From positions 32,001 to 96,000 of the IMG/VR virus record IMGVR_UViG_3300035698_007036: a stretch of 64,000 bases of DNA; one strand, given 5' to 3'. A program made the position numbers and the translations under genes. Below are positions 1 to 12,400 of this stretch, piece by piece (position 1 is the stretch's first letter; every line of letters begins with the position of its first letter). The notes beneath the pieces were generated by a model, which worked only from the letters and a program-made list of their open reading frames with translations, was not told the DNA's origin and did no database searches. This DNA is from a virus.

Positions 1-8
1 GGCACAAC

Positions 9-422
9 ATGTGGCGTATTAGGTACATAACTAGTCAGAAAACCACAGAACAGCTTTTCGGCGTACCGACTTCCGAATACACTAATGACATGATCAGTCT
101 GACTTACTGGTCTAATTTTTACCAAAATATATTTGAAATGGCTCCAGAGAGTCGTCCTCCTGATTCCATAATAGAGGATGATGAGTCTTTGGATGCGTAC
201 ATGGGTGAGTATTACAGTGAGCGGAACCGTGAGGACGCAACCAGGCGAAGCACAATAAAAACTAAGGGCAAACTTTCGGCTTTTGACAAAGAAGAAGTCA
301 TTGTGATGAAATCGAACGAATTATATCAAGAAATAGACTATGATAAGCCAAGGGAAGCACAGCGGCTCAAGGATAAAGACCTTTCTTCTATCAAGAAGAA
401 AGCCAGGAAACGGCGTAGATAG
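9..422 (+). CDS. Phage protein directly upstream of the tape measure gene, possibly a tail assembly chaperone; probably 5'-truncated by the window edge
   Basis: 137-aa ORF whose frame is open to the window edge. Acidic PPDSIIEDDESLD motif and basic C-terminus. The position before a TMP is typical of chaperones; function is inferred from position only. Confidence 0.4.
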   Translation: MWRIRYITSQKTTEQLFGVPTSEYTNDMISLTYWSNFYQNIFEMAPESRPPDSIIEDDESLDAYMGEYYSERNREDATRRSTIKTKGKLSAFDKEEVIVMKSNELYQEIDYDKPREAQRLKDKDLSSIKKKARKRRR

Positions 423-475
423 GTTAGGAATCAGGATTAGGGTTTAAAAAAGAAGTGAGTATTTACGATACTTTT

Positions 476-482
476 GGAGGTG
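476..482 (+). promoter_or_regulatory. Shine-Dalgarno site (GGAGGTG) for the giant ORF
   Basis: GGAGGTG lies 6 nt before an in-frame TTG at 489. The track's TTG at 474 overlaps this site and is unlikely to be the true start. Confidence 0.7.
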
Positions 483-488
483 CTGGCT

Positions 489-3400
489 TTGGGAGAAACT
501 TATGATGTTAATTTAAAAACCACCGTTGATAGATCTAGTGGGGCGGGAAGTAAATCCGCAGGCATTTCCCCTAATGATGTTAAAGAATTCATCAAAGCAA
601 CAAAAGACAATGAGAAGGCTACAAAACGCTTACCTAAAGATATAGCGTTAGCCATAGCTCCAATTTTGAAAGGGGCTTTTAAACAGCAAGGTGTTAGTAA
701 GGATTCGTCTGGACAATCAATAGACGCTCTTGCTACTAAACTAGCCTCACAAATAGGTAGACAGCTCGCCAAACAGTTGGCTATTCATGCCAAAGCTCCA
801 GCAGTAACCCAAAAAGCCACAGCCACGTCTAACAAATCTGACAAAAATACTAAAGCCTTAAAAGACAGTATAGACAAACAGACTACCAAGATAGTTAGTG
901 CTATTTTGAAAGGCATTTCTGCGACGTCAGGCAAACAAAAATCAATTATATCTCCGGATTTTGGTAAACAGATAGCCACTGAAGTAGCCAATGCTGTAAG
1001 AAAAGTTATGGCTAGCAATGTTAGTCAGGCCAAAGAGTCAATTGACTCCGGTAAATTGGCCAACGTTATCTCTAAGCGGGTGTCTTCTGCTATAGACAAG
1101 ACCAGCCTGAAAAACACTGAGCCAGCTAAACTGATTAAGTTTTTAGCAGGCCAAGGACAAAACGGAAAAGACATTGTAAAAGTTTTAGAAGCTTTACAAA
1201 TGGAGATAAAAAGACAGAGCAAAGCCGGAAGTCTTCAAATGCCCAAAGAATTAGTTACAGGAATAAACCAGATAAAAACGGCTTTAGACAAAGTAGCTAA
1301 TCAAAAAACAACTGAACAAGATGGTAAGTCAGCTAAGGAGATAACCAAAGCAGCTGGCGACCTCGCTAAAGCTGTAGATAAGTTAACTTCTGTGGTAGGT
1401 GCTTTAGAGAGTACCGCTAAGAAAGCCAGTGCTGCCAATAGATCTGTTGACAAGATGGCAACTGGCTTAGCCAATTCAGGACAAACAGTGGGTAGGGTAG
1501 TTAAACCTATAAAGCAAAAGATAGAGGCTAAAATAGATAAGATAAATGATACCGAACTTAGAAGAAGTTTTAAAGCCCTTTTATCAGATGTAGAGAAAAC
1601 CATAGCTGCTAGCTACAAGTTAAAGATAACTCCTGAGATAGAAAAACTTATTAATCTTAAGAAAGAACTTGAAGCTAAAATTAGAAATATAGGAATTAGA
1701 TCTAAGGTGCCTGTTGAGGTAGAAGTAGATACCGTTAGTATGGACAAGCAACTAAAAAAGACGGAATCCAATGTTTTAAAGTTCAAGAAAAAAATAGAGA
1801 ATATAGAAATAGAAGGTCCTACAATTAACTTTAAAGCCGCCGCTTCTCCTAAAGGCGACTTCTCTGAGGTGTTAAAAAGAGTAGAGAAACGAATAGCGGA
1901 ATTTACTAAGCAAGAAGAAAAAGAGATAGTTGTTAAGATAGACCAGCAGAAGGGCTCTGTGAAAGGTTTCCAGGTCCAAGTAGAGAGTCTAAATAGGGTT
2001 TTGGATGAACTCAACAAAAAAGCTCAAGGCTCATCCCCTCTGAGTGGCTTTGAAGCTAATGATATAAATGCTGTAGCTAAGAAGATAGATGATCTGACTA
2101 CTAAAATGAGAAATGCAACGCTAGAATCAGCAAGATTGCAGGCTGAGTTAGCTGATATACAGTTAGACCCCATTACCAAAAGTGACGCTGAAAAAATAGT
2201 TAAGCCTTTAGTCGATGCGTTTAACCAAATAGAGGTCCTTTCTAAAAAGATAACCGGCAGTTTAGGTAAGGATGTACAGACTAGTTTTAAAGATGTAAAG
2301 ATCCGTTACAGTGAGGGTAATATAAAAGAAGCTCAGACTTCTGCTAAAGTGTTGAGTAAAGATCTCGGTGCCATAGGTCCGACGGCTCAGCAGGTTAAAT
2401 CTCTCGTAGATGATCTCGATAAGACTCTTGGGGCAGCGGTAAAGGGAGCATCAGAGCGGTATATTAAAGGTGCTAATTCTGTAGAGAAAGTAATGTATGT
2501 TCTTACAGATGCTATAATGGACTATGCTGGAAGTGTAAAATCAGCTCCTGATTTAAACAAGTCGGCCGATAGGCTGGTTAGAAGTATTGAAGATGCGGCA
2601 GATAAATTTGTAAGTTTAGGTAAGCAGGCTGCAGAGGCAATGAAGTATGTTGATAAATTTGAAATGCCACGTTATAATACAGGTGCTGGTAGATCTACTG
2701 ACCTAACAGCCCAAACAGCTAAACGCTTTCCTCCAATAGGTTCTGAAAAGATAAGAGCTAAAGAACTTATAAAATATACACAGACCACAATAAAACCACA
2801 TTATGAAGGTATACAGTCTGCTGGAACGCCAGGAATGGCTAGCGACAAGTCACAGTCAATGGTTGAACAAAGAGTAAGGGAGCTATCTAATTCCTTGGCA
2901 AAGCTTCAAGAAGATATGCTTAAAAATTTGGATAGAAACCTCGAGGGCACTTTTGCTAAATGGAAGGTAGTTAAGGATCCTGGACAGACTTCGAAAGACT
3001 ACGAAAAGATATTTAAGGTAACTGGTGGGGCCAACGCCAAAACTGCTGGAAAAGAATGGGCAGTTCAAATAGCCTCAGCCAAGAATCTTAGAGAGGCCAT
3101 AATAGATGCAAGTAAGGGCCTTAAGACATATAGTACTTCACTAGAACAGCAAGTTAGAAGAATGCCAGTTAAAAAACTTGTCAAATTATATGAGGACAGC
3201 CTTGTTGATTTGGAAGTTTTGGCCACACAAGGTAAGCCTGATGTTAGAAGGCAAAAAGTTGCCTCTTGGATACGCTCTACACCTAATGTGGAGTCTAAAG
3301 ATTGGAACCTGGACGATGATGAGAAGACTAAATTTAAGGAGATAAGAAAAACAGTATCAAGAAAGACTGGGCTTAAGGGTTCCGATATTTTAAAGGAAAT

Positions 3401-6400
3401 AGAAAAAAGCCTAAAGGGTTATGGTGATGACTCATTAGCTGAGCTTTACAAAAAGACATATGCTAGATCAGAAGCTCAAAGATCTATACAGGAGGGTTAT
3501 AAAAAGAAAGGTGCTGGTGGTGTAACTGTAACAGAGCCATTAGTACGTACTTTGGCCGTTCCGGCAGCTAAAATGGATATACAGGGCAATATAACTTTTG
3601 AGACCGCTTCTGGTGCTAAAAGAGGTGTGGCTGAATTTGCTACCTTTAGGTCTGGATTTGAAAAGATGTATGAAAAGCTTCAGTCAAAAGGTGGATCAGG
3701 TTACGATATAGCTGGAGAGTACGATAAACAAGTACGTTCTTTTGCTGTAAAAGTTCCAGCAGGTATGAACAGTCAAGCCAAAGAAACGGCTAAGAAGATG
3801 ATACTGGATCTAGCTTCCAAGGGAGGACCAGAAGATTTTTCCTTTATTATAGAGCAGTATAACGATGCTATAGTAAATAAGGGGGTTAAGCTCAGAAAAT
3901 CTAATGTCATAACGAGTGATGAGGAACTAACCAAGTTTGTTACTGAAAAGTCTTCCAGCATTAATAATAGCTTTAAGGACAACCCCATGGCTTTGGCAAA
4001 GAACATAGAAAACGTAATAGATGACTATGATAGGGCCGGAGTGACCGCACTAGACTTCGTAAGATCCATGGACAGTATAGATTTTGAGAATGTGTACGAC
4101 GTATATGATAAAGTTCTAAACGGACTTACTGTCGGTTTACAGCCATTGGAGAACTTAGCCAAGAATCCTAATTATTCAAGTAATATCAGGGACTACGAAA
4201 AAGCAATACGTCAGGTAGAGCAGTTAATGCCCGTTGTTGAACCAGGCCGTCCACGTAGAGGTGCCTACCAGGCAGGAGTAACTCATGTAACTTCAAGAAC
4301 TTCTGATGTATTTAGTGGAGAATCCCGTCTTACCCCAGAAGATCAAAAGAAACATATTACGGATATTAATTTAAGAGCCAAAGAGATGATGGAAGAAGCT
4401 AAAACACTTAGAAAATTAAGTGAAAAGATGCCTGAAACTTTTAAAGAGAGAAAGGGTCAGCCTCCATCTAGAATTAAAACTCTGACTTCATTAGGTCTTC
4501 CAGAATCTACCATTTCTGCTATTCTAGAAAGAGGTAAAGCAAGGGGCGGAGATACTAATGACTTCTCAAAAGGTACAGATTACTTAAAAGCTTTGGGTGG
4601 TACAACCGTTCAAATGCAGACCCAGCCCATACATGCTATGGCCCCTTTTGGGATGCAGGCAGGGCATAGAGGTAGAGCAGGTATGGGTTCTATAACCCGC
4701 AGTATGTCATTTGATAGAGAGATAAATAAGACTATATCTGACTTAAAGGGCACCCCTGTAAAGGGTACAGTTACTGATTTTCCAGCTGTGAGAACTACCG
4801 AAGAGCAGGAGTTAATAGCCGGAGGAAGATATGGTAGAAGTGGTTATGGTTTTAATGCGGCTACAGAATTTAAATCAGTAGCCGGTACTCATGAGGATAC
4901 TATTCAGGTAGCAGGTAAGATTGCTGATGCTTTAACTAGTAGAATAAAGACTGTTATGTTTCCAGCTTCTGGCGGACGCTTGGGCAGTCCAGGAGCTGCT
5001 GGTGAAAGGGAATCTTACGTAGGGGATATAACCCCTAAAATGATAAGCGACACTTCCTCAGAAATAGTTAAAGTTTTGGGAATGTCAAAAAACTATGAGG
5101 GTAGGGCTGATCAAGCTTTAATAGAAGAAGTTAATAAAACAGTTAGTGTAGTAAGAGGTGAGAATGTAGAAGTGCAGGCAGCAAAGATTGCTGAAGTATT
5201 TTTAAATCACTTTGGAAGAAAATTTATGACACGGTCTGGTACCAAAGGTGTTGGTATAACACCTACAAATCTAAATGAGAAGGATGCTAAATTTCAACTT
5301 AAAGTCGGTAAGAAAAAAGGCCTTGGTGTTTATGAAGATCCAAAGTCTATGGGTGAATTAGCGTCAGTAATAATGCTTAAAAATAGAAAAGAACTTGAAA
5401 GTAGTTTTTTCAACAAAGTTGGTGCTGGTCAAGGTCCCAAAGACAGTAAGGAAATTAGATCCGAATTCGAGAAAACCAGAAAAGCTATTTTAGATTCTGG
5501 TAATAAATTTATGATAGAGGCCTTAAGAAACAAGGACCTTGGGGTAGCCACTGAGGGCGAGGCTAACACTAACCAAGCCTTATTTACTACGTTTAAAGAC
5601 ATGATGGCTAGCCCAGCTATTAATCAGCAGTTTACTGGTAATAGTGTTGCTGATATATCTAAACTTAAAGACTTTTATATGAAGACTGGTGGAGACAAAG
5701 CAAGTTTAACTAAAATGAAACCGATAGAGGTTAGAATAAATTCCTCAAGTGTTGGTAGAAGAGGGTTACAGTCTGAAGTACTGGAAGCCGTCTTAGGCAA
5801 CGTAGTAGGAAAAGCCAAGCACGGATCCACAGTAATTGAATCAGATATACCTAATGAACAATACCAGAACTTACTGACCGGTGGTAAAGATCAAAGTGGC
5901 CAATACAAATCCGGCACGTTAAGTAAATATTCCAAAGCCTTGGGCTATAAAAAAGCTCTTGATAGTACCAAAGACCTTGAATCTGAAATATCTGACATAT
6001 ACGGAGTCGATGGTTTAGGCAGGAAAGTTTCTGAGGAGGCCTCTACTTTAAGTGAGTTAGCGTCGTCTGGAGCAGGTTCTAAGGTTTTAGGAGAACAACG
6101 AGCAGCCGTTGAGAAGGCTAAAACAGCCTTAGACGAGGCCGAAGCTAAAGTAGCCGAGGCTATGAACCTAGAAGAGACTTCTAACTTCTATTCCAATGTT
6201 ATTGACGAGTTTGGTAAGAAGCGAAGAGGCCTCATTTCTACACAACATTTTATTCAGATAGCTGAAGAACCAGGTGAGCAGCAAGATTGGAAAGCTGGAC
6301 AAGTCAAAGATCTTAAGAAAGGAATAAAGCTAAACCAGTTAGCTTACTCCGCATACGGTACTATTTTTGGCGAGCAATCAGCGGTAATTGATGAGATAAG

Positions 6401-9400
6401 GGAAAACCTTACTGATGCGTCTCAACAAAATTGGGAATATATAAAAGCGTTACAGTACATGAGCAACGATCAATCCGATGCCACTGACAAATATAAAGCA
6501 AGTTTAGAAAACGCACTCAAGAGTACTGGCAAGCAGGTAAAGTTAGGTGATCTTAAATCTTTTACCAGGTCTACAGGTACACTTACAGGAAAAAGAGACG
6601 ATCCTTCAAGCCTTAAAAATACTATAATGGATCATGAGAAATATTCTACACCTTTCTTAGTAGAGATACCAAAAACTAATTCACCAATAGATAAATTAGG
6701 TAAAGAGTTTGAAGATTTTTATGTACCAGGTCCACAAGCCAGAAGTGTTTATCCAGAGAATTTAGTAGCAGGCGAATATGGTATTGATAAAGTATCTAGA
6801 AGGATACAGCATGTAATAAACTCAGCTAAACAAGTAGAAGATTTTTCTAAAGACCCTATGGGGTCTATAGATCAAAATGAATTTATAAATATGGTAAGGC
6901 AGAACTTGTTCGAGCTTGAGCAACAGGCTATGGGATTTGAAAGAACTATCAATCCTCAAAATGCCCAGTTCAACATAGGTGAACTACAGGGTATGTTTAG
7001 TAAGCTAAGCACACTCCTATCAAATGATGCCGCCATACCAGTTTCTAAAGGCTTTAAACCAGAAGCGTTTAAAAATGTAAAGATGACTGAACAAGAAACA
7101 ATGCAACGTTTTATTGTTGAAAGAATGAAAGAAGTTGATCGAGGAGATACTTACAACTCTGGTATAAATAAAGGACAAATAAAGACCATACAGGGGGCTT
7201 ATGTAGAGTCCATAAAAAGGCTAGTTGATATGTACGTAGGAGTTTCTCCAGAGGTTAAGCAAGGATATTACAAAGCCGAAGACGTTAAGATGTTAATAGC
7301 TAACGATGATCTAACATCTCCATTAATTGAAGCTATGATGAAAGGTGAACCAGAAGGCATTGTAGAAGGCCTTGGGACACAAGCTAAGTACTTTAAATCA
7401 AATAATGTAGGCCAATTAAAAGAAAGAGTAGACAAATATCTTAATTGGCATGGCGAAAAGGTTAATGCTTATCCGGCTATAAATAGACGTCTGGGCGATC
7501 AAGTTGAACCTAAAAAGAAAAAAGAGGAAATGAAAGTCATTGCTGGCACCTTAGGAATAGGGGATAAGCTTAAGAAGGAGACCCTTCTTAAGAGAGCCGG
7601 TACATTAGAGAAAGCTAAAGTAGACTATCAAAATGAATTAGCTCAAATGACTTTAGGTAAAAAGGGTGCCGTACAAGAGACTTTGTTTACCAGGAGAATT
7701 CCTGCGGCCTATGGTAAGGCTGTAGCCGCAACTGTTGATAGAACAGAAGAAATGAAAACGTTTCTAGTGGAGATGGATTCTATTTATGATGAATTGTCAA
7801 CAGCTACTCGACTCAATGATGTTGTAACTCCCAATAAAGCTACTGAACTTGCCAAGACTATAGATTCTGCTCAGAAAGAGCTTGAAGACATAAGAGTACG
7901 ACATGTTGAAAGGGTAGATAAAGCAAGACAAGGTTCTAATTTACCTGTTCTAAAACAAAACGAGCTTATGATACCTGAAGCTTCTGCTAGGTTGTTGCCT
8001 GCACAGTTCCCCAAACCATATAAATTTGGAAAAATGGGATCAGTTACTGAAGACAAGGGAACATCAGAAACTGGTAAGAACTTTGATGAGTTAATCAAGT
8101 ATAGAAATAGATTAGAGAGCTATATAGCTAAGAATCCAGGTTCTGATATAGTAAAAGGAATGAATGAATTTATGGAGAAAGAACTAATTCCTTACGTGGA
8201 GAGTGTTCGTTTTCCATTCACTGGTATATCATCAGTACTTCCTTCCAAAGGACGTGTAACAAAGAAGGGTGATTTTAGAGGTATAGGGGATCAGACTGTA
8301 ATAGTACCAGGTGCTCCGGAAATGTCACCAGAAGATTTTAGTAATTTTCAAAAGCAAATAGAAAAAATACAAACAGTAAGAGGATCATTGTCCAAAACTA
8401 GAGAAGGCCTCTTGTCTAAACCTGGTGGTTCCCCTCAGTCTCCAGAAGTCAAAAGTTTAACCACCACTATTAACAGGTTAGATAAGGCTATAGATGACGT
8501 CATTCCTAAATACTTAGCCCATCAACAGAAGCTTGATTTCGACGGTGACTCTCTATTCGTACATACAGCAAAGCTGAAGGAAGCCAGAGCAGAAATTAAG
8601 CAACATTATGAGACTGTAATACAAACACCTAGTAAAGACGGTATGCCTGCCAGTTTTCTAGCATCCCACAGCGGAAAATTTGCTTCTGACGCTATCGAGC
8701 CCTTTGTGCAAAATGCTGTTTTAGCCGATATGAAGATGGGTTTTGATAAGAAGCAAGGAGGCAAAGGTGAAGAATTCCTTAGAACTCCAACTTTTTCTGA
8801 AGACCTTAGCTACATATCTACTGAGAAACAATTAGACTTTCTTAAAACCCGTATGGGTGACTACGGTGACATAATAAGAGAAGCCCTCGATGCTGTACAG
8901 GCTCCAGAAGGTTTGTCCACTGAGATTTTAAAATCAGTAAGAGAAATTTCCGGAAAAGACGGTGTTACGTCTGGTGATGTACTTACAGCTATACAGGGGA
9001 TTACATCTAATAAGCCAGCATCAGCAGATGCTTATGTTAAAGCCGGTTTAGAGAAACGTACAGGAGAAGAAAAGTATAAGGATTTCATTAGTGCTCAAAC
9101 TTATAAAATACATACAGGACCTGAAGTAGAGTCCTTAACTAGAATGCAGAGAGTTATAGAGACATATGCCGGATTTGGCAAAGAGGGCCTTATAGGTAAG
9201 GGCTCTGAGTCTAGGGCACGCCCTGAATTTGAGGAACGCTGGCCATCAGATATGCCTGGTTTATTTGGACCAAGGGGTGGAGTACAAGAATTTAATACCA
9301 TGTTAAATGAAATGTCTCGTTTTGGTCAGCAGGCTGGTATGGACGTTAAGCACGCTGGTGCCAACCCAGTAATACAAGAGATAGTGAGTCTTTTGACAAA

Positions 9401-12400
9401 GGGTGGTAAAGAGGCTGACAAACCTTACGGCGGTGTTGATGAGCTGTTAGATAAAGTTTCTTCAGGTGATAAAACCTTAGGTGGTCTACAAGACATACAA
9501 GATGCTATAAATGATGCGGTTGATAAAAGAGTAGGTGTGTTAAGCACAAAACAGCTAAGGGGCCAACTTTCTAAGCTTGTGACACAGCGTGGTGATGACC
9601 CTTCAGCCATAGGTGAGATGGATAGGCCTGAGCTTATAAGTACAGTTAAGAAGCAAGTAGGCTTAGAACCTTTTTTCAAGGATATGGCAGACATAATTTA
9701 CAAAGAGGCCCTGTCTGGTATACAGCAACAGTTGGCTAATATGACCCCTGAAGCCCATGATAAGACCACAACAGGTTTCAAAGGCACAGACGAGCAATTT
9801 GCCAAAGACACTCTTGCCCAAGAGATGCGTGGTGGTGGTATAAACATTGCTAAACATATTACTAAAGCCCTTCATCCTTTATATACATATAGAACTAGCG
9901 GTGCCAATTTAGGATCAGAACAGCAAAAAGCTGTACAAAGAGTTGGCGGCGTTAATAGTCCTGACTTACAACCTGGTAAGTTAAGTGAAGATAGATTTAA
10001 TAGTATGAGAAAGAAAGCCATCCAATCCCAGTCTGTAACTGCTAATTTAAGCAGGGATTTACAGACTGCTGTCCAATATGCAGAGAGGGGAACTTATTCT
10101 GAGTTGGTATATAGTGGTCTAGAGTCTCTACATAAACAATCCAAAGATGTAAAAAAGGCTGCCTCGACTTTTGATGATTATAAACCTACCCTAGGTGCTG
10201 TAGGAGATGCTGGGGCTGCTGCCGAGCTAGCTAAGTACGGAACTTTGATGAATGACTTTACGGATGCCCAGTTAACGTCATCTAGCGTTCTGACCGGTGA
10301 AATGGCTGAAAGTATAAAGGGTATAATAACTACAGGACCTACGGATATAACCAAAAGTAAAGATTTAAATAATATGAGAGACGAGATAGAGAGGCTCTCG
10401 AAGTTAGCAGGAGTTCCAAGACTAAGTGATGTTTCTGAAAATGAAATAGATAATTTAACTGGAATATTTGGAGAATTTGTAGATAAAAATGCATCGCCTG
10501 ACATAAAAAACGATGAGGCACAAAAGACAAAGCTTGTAAATAATCTTAAAGAAAAGACTAAAGCACTTCACCAGTTACAAAAAGTTATAGATGCTTTAAG
10601 AGTTAGGGCTGTAGAATCAGAAGCTATCTTAAATTTGATACCTTCTAATGTAGACATTGGTGGGGTAATGGTAGGGGCTAAGTCTTTTGATAGACCAGGT
10701 CCGGAGACCATAAAGGACGAGGGTGGGAATGTTGTAATAAAAAAAGCATATGAAAGAGGAATCATAGGAACAAGTGCTCCAATAGATACTGATATGTTAG
10801 ACCAGGGACAATTTAGATCATCAACAAGTTCTCCTCAATTCTATAGTAATCGCGGCCCAGGTACACCAGGTGGTGGAGTCCCAGGTGAGTGTGTTCGTGT
10901 AACCAATTGTGACGGTCCTCTAGACGTCAGGGTGGTTGATATAGCTTCAGGAGTCAATATAGGGACTTTGGCGTCTGCCTCAGAAAGAGTTGGGGCAACT
11001 CTGCAAGATAAGATGGCGTCTAATAGAATAGCCACTGAACAATTTGTACAGGATTTGAGAAAAAACGCCTCCGACTTAAGTGGAGGAAAAGACGAACCTT
11101 GGACTCACGACAAATATGTAGAGGAAACTCAAGGTAGATATACAACCCAACAAGCCTACAGGGCTAGTGGTCTGGCTGGCGGAACTTTAGAAGATAAATC
11201 TGAATCCCTTTCAGCACAGCAGGCTCAGGTAATAAAAATAATTAAAGAGATGACAGGTGTACATCAGGCGAGAGGTATTAGTGAGATAAATGATACTCCT
11301 AATGAGCCAACGGGCGGTATAGCTGACGCTAAGTATGCTGCAAGAACTGAACTTGGTACACTACTACATTTAAAAGAGCAGAAACAGTTAGTTAAAGATT
11401 ATGGAGATAGGGCAGTAATAGAGAAAACTCTTAAAGTCAATCCGAATACTTCTGACAGTGGTATTAAAGAGGGTCTGACAGGCTCTATGCTTTCTAACTA
11501 TATTTCAGGGCATGTTGACGCCATACTTAAGAAAGAGGGTGCTGGCGGTGGGATAGGTGAAATAGATAAGTTTTCTGATATTGAGTCTGTAATAGATTTT
11601 AAAACCTCTGGCCAGAATTTTATGGACGCTTTAAATTCAGCCGGTTTTAAAGATACTCCTGAGTATACACCAGAAAAAATGAAGGCTTTATCTGATATAC
11701 CTAATGGTGAATTCTATGTAGAAAAATTAGAGAATGCTCGTCATCAGGTTAACGTCTATCTTGAAGGATTACGTCAGATGCTAGGCGGAACTGTTGAAGA
11801 TTTTGAGAATGTAACCGGTGAACTATCGTTTATTAATAACATGGATTCAGGAGACAGAATTAAAGTCAAGTTCAAATTTGACGAGCAGGCCTTCGAAAAT
11901 GATATGGCTGCTGTTAGAAAAGCAAGAGAATTGATAAGTGAGTATTTAGCTAATGCTGACAAAACATTAACCCCATCACAGCTACATACCAAGCCTGAAG
12001 ACATAAAATATCAGGGTGCGTTAAGATCAGCAGTTGGTTCTGGAAAAGTAGGCAAGTTTGCTTTTAAGGGGGCAGCATCTCCAGAATATTTAAGAAATGC
12101 TGAAGAAGAGAACATGGTTAGACAGAAATCAGGCTTCTCTATGGTTGGCGATGCAGATTTAAACAGAAATATAAGAAATGCCCAGTCGTTTATCACTGGT
12201 GATTTAAAACCAAAAGCCCACGGAGCTGCTATGGAAGCCTCCACTATGGCAGAGAGAGCCCGTGAGGAGACTAGAAAATCTGGTATAGACCAGACTAGAA
12301 GTGTTCGTATGCAAGCCGACAAGTACGGTGATCAAGGAGCTTTAGGGAATATAGATGATGAATTTTCCCGTGCCCAAAGAGGCCCTACTAATCAAAGAGG

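Noticed and set aside
423-475. Slippery-looking GGTTTAAAAAAG and a small hairpin (AGTAT-ttacg-ATACT, 458-472) before the TMP RBS
   Set aside because: The run lies after the upstream stop codon, so it cannot be a chaperone frameshift site. The 5-6 bp AT-rich stem is too weak to call.
3552-3638. AVPAAKMDIQGNITFETASGAKRGV as the RpoB IPLMTDNGTFVINGTERV motif
   Set aside because: The position is plausible and would extend the RNAP upstream, but the match is too gapped to support without profile alignment.
4635-9360. Host rpoB/rpoC contamination or chimera
   Set aside because: The region is far too divergent from cellular RpoB/RpoC, is in frame with the TMP and has similar composition. Read-level confirmation is still advisable.
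11157-11950. Cas4 or CRISPR interpretation of the nuclease
   Set aside because: There are no Fe-S cysteines, and I saw no cas genes or repeat-spacer array in the window.
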